Shown: in pieces, positions 52,946 through 64,000 of the stretch
How the letters are laid out: every line of letters begins with the position of its first letter
How positions within the stretch are numbered: position 1 is the first letter of the stretch
From: Selaginella moellendorffii
Lineage: Eukaryota; Plantae; Lycopodiophyta
DNA length: 64,000 nucleotides
NCBI RefSeq assembly: GCF_000143415.4
Contig: NW_003314350.1
Span: 1-64,000 of the forward strand
Direction of reading: 5' to 3'
Made by a program: the position numbers and the translations under genes
Notes under the pieces: model-generated
Told to the model about the DNA's origin: nothing
What the model saw: only the letters and a program-made list of their open reading frames with translations
Database searches by the model: none

Positions 52946-53771
52946 ATGGCATTAGTCATGGTAATGTTTATGCTATGCCTCCTAGGATTTTCTCCGTTCT
53001 CAACACTGGCATCTCCCTCTAGTATTATAACTGTGTCTGTGTTTAGGAAGTTCTTCCCATCCAACATCGCGAATCCTTTCTACACATACAACGATTTCAT
53101 TGCAGCAACAAAATACTATCCCACGTTTGGAAGCACAGGGAGTCTTGATGTTCAAAAGAGGGAACTGGCGGCCTACTTTGCAAATGTGAAGCAGGAGACT
53201 GGAAGTAAACTCGGATAGCATTTATCCATTAATCTCACTAATGTCTTGAAGTTTGTATATGGTTGCTTGGCTGTAGCACTGCAATACATTCGAGAGATCA
53301 ACCGAAACAACGTCTATTGTGACACTAGTCGTGGGATCCCATGTCCTGCAGGTACAAAGGCTTACTATGGAAGAGGACCTTTGCAGCTCACCTGGTAAGC
53401 TGAAAATGTTATATTCAAAATTTAAAGTGTATATATACAGGAATTACAATTACGATGCTGCTGGAAAGGCTTTCAACATGAACCTCCTCCAAAATCCAGA
53501 CCAGGTTGCTCAGAATGGCGTCCTTTCGTGGAGGTCATCATTGTGGTTTTGGATGCAAAATTCGAATTGCCACGCCGCAATAACACAGAACCAAGGATTT
53601 GGAGCTACAATTCGAGCCATCAATGGAGGGGAGTGTGGCAAGGGCCGTGAGACACAACCCGCACAGAACCGTATCAATTATTACAAGAACTTTTGCTCAC
53701 AGTTGGGTGTTTCACCAGGTGGGAACCTTGGCTGTGCTAAACAAATGATTTTTAAAGTAACTAGCTACTAA
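52946..53771 (+). CDS. Loopless GH19 chitinase with a 10-aa C-terminal extension
   Basis: Three exons as in 24255-25033. GCTTAA became GCTAAA, giving ...GCAKQMIFKVTSY*. Confidence 0.88.
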
Positions 53772-54577
53772 GTAATGTATTATTAAAAACAAATAATTAA
53801 TCTGGAAATTAGAGATCTTGGATTAGTTTCTAGAAATCTTTACAGTAGCAAGAAGTACTAGAGGAGAATGGTGGAAAGTCATGTATAAGAAAGCCGAGAA
53901 CAATATCTTGCCTATCAGTCTACTTATAAAATGGGTAAAGTTGTAAGATGATGGATATCTAAAACAATTTAGTATCTAAAAAGCATTGCTGATATTACTG
54001 CATGAGACATGACGCCTCGGCCACTTCCTCCTCGCAGACAACCCTAGCCAAGTCTACTCACATTCTTCTCGTTCGTTTTAAACAGAAATTCTAAGGACTT
54101 GCTTTGTTGCTACCATCGGTTCCATCCCACTCTCGAAGCCAATCGAGGTATCCAGTGTGATAAATTAACCTGGGGGAGGGGATTGTCGTTAAACAACGAC
54201 TTGAAATAGCTAAGCAAAATACTGCCTCAGTTTAGCTTACTTTAGTGCAGATAATACGGCCCAAAAGCAAAATACTGTCTCAGTCATTCCGTAGAGATGT
54301 GCTTATACTATTAGCTTGTTTTAGTGCACATAATACGGCCCATTGAATTTTAAAATAGACGCCTTCAAAGTTTGGTCACTTGTATTACAAGCAAACACAA
54401 AGAGATCTTCATAGCGTGCTTCGACCAAGCTAATATCTACACGGCATTTGAAGACTATAAAGTCAATATAAATCGCAATGCACTCAAGACTATAAAAACT
54501 ACAAGACTATGGCCGTTTTATATTCCATTCCAAAATTCCATTCCACAAACGAGTTCTCATACTATCGTTTAAGTACC

Positions 54578-55190
54578 ATGGCATTAGTCATGATAATGTT
54601 TACGCTATGCCTCCTCCCTCTAACATTGTAACTGAGTCTGTGTTTAGGACCTTGCGAATCCTTTCTAAACATTCAATGATTTCATTGCGGCAACAAAATA
54701 CTATCCCACGTTTGGAAGCTCGGGGAGTCTTGATGTTCAAAAGAGGGAACTGGCTGCCTACTTTGCAAATGTGAAGCAGGAAACTGGAAGTAAACTTGCA
54801 TAGCATTTATCCATTAATCTCATACTACGGAAGAGGGCCTTTGCAGCTCACCTGGTAAGTTGGAAATGTTATGTTTAAAATTTAAAGAGTATATATATAC
54901 ATGAATTACAATTACGATGCTTCTGGAAAGGCTTTCAACATGAACCTCCTCCTAAATCTAGACCAGGTTGCTCAGAATGGCGTCCTTTTGTGGAGGTCAT
55001 CAGTGTGGTTTTGGATGCAAAATTCAAATTGCCACACCGCAATAAACAGAACCAAGGATTTGGAGCTGCAATTCGAGCCACCAATGGAGGTCAGGAGTGT
55101 GGCAAGGGCAGTGAGACACACGCACAGAACCGTATCAATTATTACAAGGATTTTTGCTCACAGTTGGGTCTTTCACCAGGTTGTGCTTAA
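54578..55190 (+). pseudogene. GH19 chitinase pseudogene
   Basis: Deletions in exons 1-2, loss of the intron-2 acceptor (ACAT instead of ACAG), and a frameshift in exon 3. Confidence 0.88.
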
Positions 55191-55626
55191 ACAAATGTCT
55201 AATTAGTAATTAATTATAAGTTATAATTCAAGTTTCCCTGCCAGAACATGAAGGACAAGAAGACTTAGCGAGAGAGGGGGATAGAGCATGTATACCAAAG
55301 TGTGGCAATAAAGAGACTTATTTGGAGATGGCTTCGGACGACACTTGGCGGTACGACAGCGCATTGGATCAATTCGGGAAGGCGCCCCTCCCAGAACTAG
55401 TATTGTGTGTCCCATGTGCGGTCAACCGTGGCTGCGATTGTTAGAGGTTCTAGAAGTAGAGAGCAGTGTCGAGTCCACGCTCGTTGTCTTTCCGTCCTGG
55501 TTCTCCATGACAGTTTAATGCTAGGTTCATCTTCGAGTTTTAAGACAACGATCACATCGTTTCTGCAGCTCCAGAAAAGATCAGCGACATCAAGTCGACA
55601 TTCTGCTCGCTCAACAATTGATTATC

Positions 55627-56958
55627 ATGGAGCTTTTGTCAATTGCGGCAGTTCTAGTGATTGCTGAGTTATTTGCTCCAGGCTTGGGTTTCCAGTGTCC
55701 AAAAGCCATGTTCTGGTTCGGGGATTCTATTGTCGATACAGGGAATGTTCAAGCAAGAGCTCCGTTTATTAGTGCTGCAGAGTATAAGCCTTATGGCATG
55801 ACTTTCTTCAGTAAGCCATCGAAGAGATACTCGGATGGTCGCTTGGTTGTCGACTTCTTTGGTAATTGTGTGCGTTGATTAAACAGCGTTTGATGTTATT
55901 CGTGTATGTTTTTGCAGCGGAGGCTTTTGAGTATGATAGATTCCTGGATCCCATTTTGCAAAGTATTAACTCGAATTATGCCAACGGGGTGAATTTTGCG
56001 GTTTCTGGAGCGACTGCTTTGAACACCAGCTTCGAAGTCCCACTGTACCTTCCGGTTCAGATTGACCAGTTTCTGAGGTTCAAGCAGGATGCTTACGACA
56101 TGGTAAAGGTAATGATTCTTCTCAGACTTTGCAAAGGTAGTGTCATTCATAGTTTCCTCTGTAGGGATGCAAAAGCTAGTTCCTTATTATCATCATCTAA
56201 AGACTGCTCTGTATGCGGTTGTCATAAGTACTAACGACCTTCTCAATTCCTACTTGTTGGAGCATAGAAGCCCTGAGAATGTAACAGCTGAGGTTGTTCC
56301 ATACGTTGTGAGAGCCATCTCTCACGCATTACAGGTACACAAATTTGCATTCAGTCTTGAAGTTGTTCTAAAGCCTTTAATAGAGTCTCCATGAGCATGG
56401 CGCACAAAACTTGTTGGTCTTCAGCACGTTCCCTCACGGCTGCATGCCGATATTGCTGAGCATATCCCGGAAGCGTTCAACAAGCAGTTGTATGATGAAA
56501 TCCAAGTCTTGCAAAAGAACAGGACGGGATTTCATCTTCTTTATGCAGATGCTTACAAATTCACTTTGGATGTCCTGGATAAACCGCTAGTTTATGGTGA
56601 GATCTTGTGTTGTTATTGTAATTACCAAGATTGGAAGTTTGGGCAAACGTTTGTAGGAAACAAAAATATTTATGTCTTTCCAGGATCCCAAAACAAGACT
56701 AAACTATCAGCATGTTGCGAGAGTGGAGGGGAATATAACTTTGACGTTACTCAGCCATGCGGACTAGTTATCCAGCCAAACGGTACCACTTTGAAGCCTT
56801 CGGAGTACGTCAGCTGGGATGGCGTTCACTTTACCGAGTCGTTCTATCGGCAGTTGTCAAAGGCATTGCTCACAGGTCGATACATTTATCCATCTCTGAA
56901 CATTACGCAGATTTGCAACTTCACTTCCAATAGGAAAGTGCGGAGAGAGCCCGAATGA
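55627..56958 (+). pseudogene. GDSL esterase/lipase, full length but probably disrupted
   Basis: GDSI, GVNFA, STND and WDGVHFT blocks are present. There is a 7-bp deletion at ~56097 relative to the 44890 paralog and a frame change at ~56465. Confidence 0.75.
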
Positions 56959-57088
56959 CAGAAGTTCATTTGCTGCAACAGCCTTGAGTACTCAAATCTT
57001 TCTTCTTAATAGCTTAATTGAAGAAGTACATATATGCCTTTTGAATATCAAATCAAAATATCACGAGCAAATGACAGTGTTAATTTAA

Positions 57089-57192
57089 CTTAATTTTAGT
57101 ATGTCTTCGACATTTGCAGTAATGAAACTCTATGGAACGTTCCATAACAGAGTTTCATTACTGCAAAATGTCGAAAACATACTAAAATTAAG
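57089..57192. repeat. Near-perfect 104-bp foldback inverted repeat
   Basis: CTTAATTTTAGTATGT(C)TTCGACATTTGCAGTAATGAAACTCT pairs with its reverse complement around the palindrome TATGGAACGTTCCATA. Confidence 0.92.
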
Positions 57193-58300
57193 ACTGAGAT
57201 GCATAAGATAAACTAACCTCTGGGGCTCCTCGAATTCCTATAATTGTGGTGATTATGTTATATATCTCCACATTAGGAAACGAGGCCACTTTTCGTCTCG
57301 GAAATCTTGGGCCATGAGCAAAGAAAACAGAGAGTACGCATTGTCATAACCATGAAAACCTCCATAGCTACTATTTGTTGATCTCCCAAGCTTCACAGTA
57401 TAGCTTTCTGATGCCATCCCAATGATAGGTTGACCAAACTTCCCATGTGAGAAATGTAGCCTTTCTGGCAAATATTCCTTGAGGAAAACCTTGAGGAACT
57501 GTCCATTATTCACCTTTTCTGACTGCAATCCTTCGTTCATCTTCTTCACAATGTGCTTTGCATCAAAACCTGGTCAAAAGCTTAGTCAATAAGAGTCAAA
57601 ATAAAGTTATCACATAAATTACCTCTTGGAGGTCTCAATGCAACTACTGCTCCAACCCCTGATCCATGGAGCCAAATCCTCGAGAATCACCTTACTCTCG
57701 CAGCTCATTACCCTTCCATGGTCACTAACAATGATAATATGAACATCATTGAGTCTCTTGCGAGTCTGGTCCCGAGGCATGCCCTGCATGATCCGGATTG
57801 TCAAAGTAAACAGCAATGAAGCTTGGACTGGCATGTCCACAAACTTTAGAATGGAGTCAATGCGGTCCTCAAAGGCAAGAGATGAGTTTGCAAGGCGAGC
57901 ACAGTACTCTTGAGGGCAAGTCCAGTGGCCTCTTACAACTTCACTCCCCGGCCATAGATAAGTTCCAGCCCTGAGTCCATTCCTGACTACCGTTTCCCAA
58001 AGAGGCTCTCCGTGCCACCACCTTGGATCCGCCCACGAGACGTTAAACCTTGTCCACGAAACTATTGGCAATAATTCCGTGCCATGCAGGATTCAAACCT
58101 GTTTAAATTAATTGATTTACTACTGTGGGAAACACTGGAATCATACGTGGAAAAGCTTCCACACCATTCTCCTTGATGAAGTCAATGTTGGGAGTGGACG
58201 TTTTAAACTGGTAACCCCATTTTAATCCATCAACAGATATGAGAATGACCACAGGCTTCTTGTTCATGCCGGCAGCCACCAGTTCCACAGAAACATGCAA
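57128..58300 (-). pseudogene. Nucleotide pyrophosphatase/phosphodiesterase (alkaline phosphatase superfamily) pseudogene
   Basis: VILISVDG, PVFPT, WWHGEPLWETV...WPGSEV, IIVSDHG and HGYDN motifs. The TFPNH catalytic segment is missing and frames are broken. Confidence 0.85.
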
Positions 58301-58384
58301 ACTAACGTCAACAAAGCGATCCTCATATCTCGATCTACATAAGGTCTAGAAAGGTGATTAGTTTATATGGTCGATTTGATGTAT

Positions 58385-59018
58385 GGTACGCATCAGGCAT
58401 CCCGACTTTGGAGGCCATTTTTTCTCGTCGTGATTACCTTAAGTTTTGTATGAGGACCCTCTCCAGGATTATTTCGTACACAACGTGAACAGCACCACCA
58501 ACGTGAATGATTTCCCTTGCAAGGCCCCCAGCACAGTCACCGCCAGTGATTTCCTGTTCCAGGGGCTCCGCAATCCGGGCAACACCAACAACAAGCTCGG
58601 GTCGATCGTCACACCTGCGAGCGTGAGCGTCTGGCCGGGAATCAACACTCTTGTCATCTCTTTGCAAGGATTGACATCGCTCCATATGGTGTCTATCCAT
58701 CCCAGAGCAACCGAGATCCTCTATCTCCAACAGGGAACCCTCTACTTGGGATTCATCACCAGCAATAACTATAGGTTCTTTGAGCAAACTTTGCAACCTG
58801 GTGATCTCTTTGTCTTTCCCAAGGCTCTGATACACTTTCAACTCAATACTGGGAACACCCCGGTTGTTCCTATTGCTGGGTTGAGCTCTCAGATCCCGGG
58901 AATCCCCCAGGTTCCAAGGGCGATAATTGCTTCCAGTCCTGGCATTGCTGATGAAGTGCTCAAGAAGGCCTTCCAAGATCTTCTCAAGCGTCTCAGAAAT
59001 GCTATTCAACAGACTTAA
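58385..59018 (+). pseudogene. Germin-like protein (cupin) pseudogene
   Basis: DPLQDY, PCK, PGINTL, HPRATEI and GDLFVFPKALIHFQ motifs. Germin box 1 is scrambled by compensating frameshifts and the signal peptide is out of frame. Confidence 0.82.
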
Positions 59019-61452
59019 GTTAGATTTTTCCTTCTTTAATCTTCAAACATTTGCAAGTGGTAATCTAAGGGAAATAACGGATAGCCTCCGCATTCACCTA
59101 TGGTTGACTCATCGTTGAATCTGACTTTCGATGACTAGCTTCCTTCTCCAACGTTTAACATGGGCCGTTCAATGTTTCCGCCCCAAGCACAGTTGATTCT
59201 CCCTCGTTCTATTCAAGAATCTGGACTAGGACGTTGACATGAGCGATGACTTTGTGGATAGACGGTGTCACCAAGCCCTCGTCACCCTGGAAGTAGCAAC
59301 TAGTGGTACGGAGAATTTCTGTATATGCCATCCTGCCTTCAGACTTCTAGAATTTATCCGTGCTTTACACCATTTCCATTGTGGCTTCTAAAGTGAGCTT
59401 TGATATGCAGAAAGTATGTGGGCACCCAGCCGGTGTGGTGATACAGGCTGCTTGCGTTTCGATCTTCTTCTACTCTAGATAGGCCACATATTCAGCCTGA
59501 AAAAGAGACAATCTTATCAGTGAAGTAGTAAGGACGAAGAAAGGCGAACATGACGAGTATACAATGACCTGGTTGTTCGAGTTCCGTGCCCATCGACAAC
59601 GACATGGATCTACTCCCTTGAGTAGTTTAACGCCTTGGGCTCTGGAAAACTAGTGCTCCCAGAGAGATATGCAAAGCTTCATTAAAAGAGGAATCAAACA
59701 GGAAAGCACATTAATGCACCGAAGCTTCGGAGATCCTTCAAGTGATGAGTGAGTCCTTGACTAACACTAACGAGCATTATAGCTGCATTAGAACGTCAGA
59801 CATGACATCCATTCCTTCATACATCTTCGTCCAGTGAGCAGAAAACCTGTCTCTAAATCCCTGTTGCAATGCATGAGAAGATTGCCATGGGCAGAAGCTG
59901 CCTGGACCTTCATCTCGGTTGTTTTTTTTTCCCCCGTGGCTGATAGAGAACTCCTGTAATCGAAAAAGAGCAAATACAAGTTGAATTTCCGCTTTCATTT
60001 CCTTGAGCCCTTGCGTGGCAGGCATCAAACAAGGCCATCCAACGTCACTGGATTAGTTGAAGCAGATATTTACTGCAGCGTGGCAACTGTAAATCAGCAT
60101 TGATCATTGAACCCTGGAGTGTTGTTGATTAACAACTTTCCTGGAGACATTGCACAGAAGGATAGAAGAAACTGCTTGAATTCTGAGCGTGCAGACTCTG
60201 GCTCTCGTCCCAAGACTCCCAAGAAATTGTGGTTTCATAAGTGTGACCTCAAATAGAATAGCAGTTGGTGGAATGTTGGCAATAAATATGTTATTATTGC
60301 TTTCAATTACTTAATTTATTAGGTGAAAGTTTATGTTTTACTAGTGCAATTGTTATTTAATATTTTCATTTCAATCAAGTGGTATTCCAACATTCTTGTC
60401 TAGAGTGGATTCTCTCAAATAATAATATTATGTTTATAGTTGAGGCATTTTATGTTCTAATATGTTGATTAAGAATACGTTACAGTTTTGCTATCCATAA
60501 ATGGATGGTTTAGTACAATAGTTTATTTGAACTTTCAATATGATGATTGTCAAGTATGTGAATTTTTAACATTTGTATTGGGATGCTAATTTTTCAATAT
60601 ACATATATGTCACAAGGGTGTAAAGTTTCATTAATGTTTTAGTATATAAATTCATATAGTCATAATCTTTTATTGCCAATAAAGTTAATTCAAGTAAAAT
60701 TTATTGAACATTTAGGCCACAATTATCATCATCATCCATTTATATAGTATAAATGGATGACCTAATGTTAATGATTTTACTAGACATAATTTGTTTAAAG
60801 GTTTTAGAAGGGGTAAATTGGATTGCAAATTTATAAAATTTTGCATAACATTCAACATGTTAATCATCCAAAAATTATTCATGTGCAATGAGATCAAAAG
60901 TAAATTACATTGCCTCTTTCTAATGTTTCTCTAAATCCTAACTCATTAACATAGACACAATAACCTTTAACTATTCTAAGATTTTGATTGATTTTAATTC
61001 AACCACTCGCTCTTGTATATAAATGTCATTCCTATATTCTGTATTTTTAAATTCCAAACACTCACAAAATGATAAATCATGTTTGTATGTCATCATGCAA
61101 TGCCTAGCATTTTGCTGTTTCAATGAATGCCAACTATGCCACGTGGCAAAGCCAGATCAAACTCCTAAAGAGTTTTGGATGATCTAAAAACTTATGGAAA
61201 GTCCACCTATGACTGAGCAACGAGTTTTTCACAGGAGAGCCCAAGAGCTTTGTTGTTTGGCACCAGGAAGCCAAAAATCATTCCTTTTTCTTGGCGATGG
61301 TAAGCCGGAGGCTTGCGGTGACAGCTTCTCAAGATCTTGTGCCGGCTGCGGACGAGATACGAGCGAAGGATACTGAAAACCAAAACAAAATCTGCTTGAA
61401 AACCGTGAAACGGTAGCTACCTCTACATTAGAAAGCTCGAATCACGCTTACT

Positions 61453-63059
61453 TCAGATCGCAGCCAGTTTCACTAGATGTTTGAACTGGTCCGGAACAAA
61501 CGACTCCACCTTGAACTCTTTGGGCTTCTCGCCTCTCTTGGGGTGTGGTGGCATCGGTGAGGAGTGCTTGATGCCAATCAAGGTTGGCATTGCTGCATTT
61601 TTTTATTGTTAGAACTTAGCACCCTCGAAAACTGAATATCACAAACTTACTTTTGTGTACGCGTCCATAAAGGAGCTTCTCGCCTCTCCAGTACTCCAAC
61701 GGTCTGGACCGGTACCTTGTGCTGCACCTCCTACCATTTTTCCATTCCATCCCAGATTCTGCTTGAACCGGAGAAATAAGATTGACAGTGATAACAAATG
61801 CATCAAAGGTTTGTACCTTTGAGCCACGGGCTTTGTTCGGCCTCAGCCTTAACTTCGCGCTTACGTTTAACTCTCCTTGTCTCACAAGTTGGAGCACAAT
61901 CTTCTGTCTCGCAATCAAAATCTGAAAAGAACGAAGGAAGAGAATTTGTTTCAACCAAGAAAATAATTGTAGTTGAAGCACCTTTGAGACGAAGTTCCTC
62001 TAGGAGCTCATTTGCACTTTCTGTTGTTGCCATTTTCATAGCCATACTACAATCTTCTGTCTCGCAATCAAAATCTGAAAAGAACGAAGGAAGAGAATTT
62101 ATTTCAACCAAGAAAACAATTGTAGTTGAAGCACCTTTGAGACGAAGTTCATCTAGGAGCTCATTTGCAGTTTCTCTTGTTGCCATTTTCATAGCCATAC
62201 TACAATCTTCTGTCTCGCAATCAAAATCTGAAAAGAAAGAATTTGTTTCAACCAAGAAAACAATTGTAGTTGAAGCACCTTTGAGACGAAGTTCCTCTAG
62301 GAGCTCATTTGCAGTTTCTGTTGTTGCCATTTTCATAGCCATACTACAATCTTCTGTCTCGCAAGTTGGAGCACAAGCTTCTGTCTCGCAAGTTGGAGCA
62401 CAGTCTTCTGTCTCGCAAGTTGGAGTACAATCTTCTGTTGGAGCAAAATCTTCTGTTGGAGCAAAATCTACTGTCTCGCAAGTTGGAGCACTTAAGCTCA
62501 CAGTTTCCGGTACTTGGGGTTTCATAAAAGAAAGGTCCAGTGTGTGTTTGATTCGCCTGAAACTTTCACTTTTCCCCAATGAAAGAAGAAAAAACAAGAC
62601 AAACCTCGCACTGTTCTTTGATCGAACCCGCGACAACCGGGACATGAAGCTCGGATTTTCTTCTCTGCCCTCCTCACGGTCCCAAAACTCGGCGACGTCC
62701 ATCAATCCACCTTTTGAACAAGAGGGAATCGATGGCATCACTCGCGACTTGTTGGTGGCATTTTTCTTGGATCGAACCCGCGACAAACGACACACTAGGC
62801 TCTGATCTTCATCTTCGACTGTGCAAATCAAGAACCTCAAGAAAAGCTACAGGAGGAAAAAGAAGAGATAAAAGAAAGTACCTTCGTTACTCTTGGATTG
62901 AGAAGGACCGGACTCCCCCATCTCCTCCCAGTCGCAAAATGTAGCAAGATCCTGCTCGCGGAGGAACCCCAGCGACGCTGGCATGAGCCGGAAGATATCA
63001 TTCTCCTCATCCTCATCGTCGTCCTCGCTCAGCGGCATCTCCTGCCGCTCCACGATCAT
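61453..63059 (-). CDS. CENP-C: Centromere protein C (CENP-C), multi-exon, with tandemly duplicated exons
   Basis: CENP-C motif GRRCSTRYRSRPLEYWRGEKLLYGRVH, then the plant C-terminus PTLIGIK...FKVESFVPDQFKHLVKLAAI*. The 5' exons are inferred from GT-AG phase continuity. Confidence 0.85.
61890..62490 (-). repeat. Intragenic repeats in CENP-C: 153/153/144-bp exon+intron units and 24-bp (APTCETED) units
   Basis: CTTCTGTCTCGCAA recurs at 61901, 62054, 62207 and 62351, then at 24-bp spacing. Confidence 0.92.
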
Positions 63060-63261
63060 CCTCCCTGCCCACAAACCCTAGCCCTCGCAAAAGCAAATTC
63101 AAATTAATTGGCTGCCCCAGGAATCGAGCCCGAGACTTTTCCGCGTTATCCACCGTGGACGGCTAGGATGCGGCTAGCTCTTTCACTGTCAGCTGACACG
63201 TCAGCAGCAATGCAGTGTTGTGCTTGTTCTTGCTCTTGGCTATTAGGGTTTGTGGCGGGCG
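63060..63261. promoter_or_regulatory. Putative bidirectional promoter between CENP-C and SKIP16, with two telo-boxes and a central palindrome
   Basis: AAACCCTA at 63073, TAGGGTTT at 63244, and TGTCAGCTGACACGTCAG at ~63187-63204. Confidence 0.55.
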
Positions 63262-64000
63262 ATGGAGGATGTGCTGCCCGCGCTGCTGCTGCAAACAATC
63301 CTGGCACGGACGGATGCCGTGGACTGCGCTAGGGTAGCTTGCGTCAATCGGCGATGGCGGGCGCTGGCGCACGACGACACGCTCTGGTCGCAGCACTGCC
63401 GGGACGAGTATGGCGTGTGCGCTGCCGCGGATTTCATGGGCAATCCCTGCTGCAGCTTCAAGGTGAGCCAGAGAGCGAGAGATTGTAGCATTTTCTAGCG
63501 GGCATTCTAGGACAAGAAGTGGATTTAAATCCCACCATTGGTTCTCTCGCAGGAAACTTACGCTGCCTGGCACGACGAATTCAACCAGTATGGTGGGCTC
63601 GTCTATCGGACCAAGAAACTCTGGGATGATTTGAAGGGCGTGCTGCGCTCCAATTATCCCGCAGTGGCCGATTCTCTCGCCCGCCAGGCCTCGGAGGCGG
63701 ACATTGTCGCGGCCGAGAGCACGTTGGGCTGGCCTCTGCCTCCTCACGTCCGCCTTCTCTATCGCTTCTGCGATGGCCAGCAGATCGTGGATGGCGACGA
63801 GATCGCTCACCAGTACGTGGGTCTTCTCGGAGGATACTACTTCTACAATCACTTTGTCAACGTCCAGCTCCTGCCGCTCCAGCAAGTTGTCTCCTACACC
63901 CAGCGCCTCCTCTCGCGAGCTCCCGCTGGAACCAAGAGGATCGTCATCGCCGCGTCGTGCAACTTAAACAAGTTCTTCCTCCTCGACTGCGACAGTGGGA
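63262..64000 (+). CDS. SKIP16: F-box protein SKIP16-like (F-box + SMI1/KNR4), runs off the window; intron 63463-63552
   Basis: F-box (LLLQTILA...CVNRRWRALAHDDTLWSQHC), then SFKETYAAW...LPPHVRLLYRFCDGQ...GLLGGYYFYNH. Confidence 0.88.

Noticed and set aside
58434-59009. 191-aa minus-strand ORF
   Set aside because: Antisense shadow of the germin-like sequence.
59050-61200. Exon-like fragments, an AT-rich tract and the G-box TGCCACGTGGCA at ~61137
   Set aside because: No recognisable protein family or element termini, so it cannot be supported.
61798-62805. 335-aa plus-strand ORF
   Set aside because: Antisense to the CENP-C repeats; splice signals and the conserved motif are on the minus strand.
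63163-63885. 240-aa minus-strand ORF
   Set aside because: Antisense shadow of the GC-rich SKIP16 exons.

Overview
Eukaryotic land-plant genomic DNA. The very short GT-AG introns (46-60 nt), degenerate PLS-type PPR and F-box/kelch genes, and a moss-type loopless GH19 chitinase suggest a Selaginella-like lycophyte (inference). About 1-9.5 kb is transposon debris around a broken LRR receptor-like gene. About 9.5-57 kb is a patchwork of local segmental duplications of a module containing TTC38 fragment, F-box/kelch, PPR, FAN1, GH19 chitinase and GDSL lipase. It holds five FAN1-derived copies (one apparently intact, 49261-52577) and six chitinase-derived copies (two with complete reading frames). 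Nested retroelements interrupt it: a Copia carrying a 5S-rRNA-containing Cassandra-type solo LTR, and a very young non-coding 7.7-kb LTR element inside an older Gypsy. A TRIM sits in the RT active-site codons of the left-hand chromovirus. The right end has NPP and germin-like pseudogenes, a CENP-C gene with tandem exon duplications, and the 5' part of SKIP16 head-to-head with it. No prokaryotic-type system (CRISPR etc.) is present. The most notable items are the Cassandra-like LTR, the FAN1 amplification, the CENP-C exon-intron repeats and the young non-autonomous LTR element.
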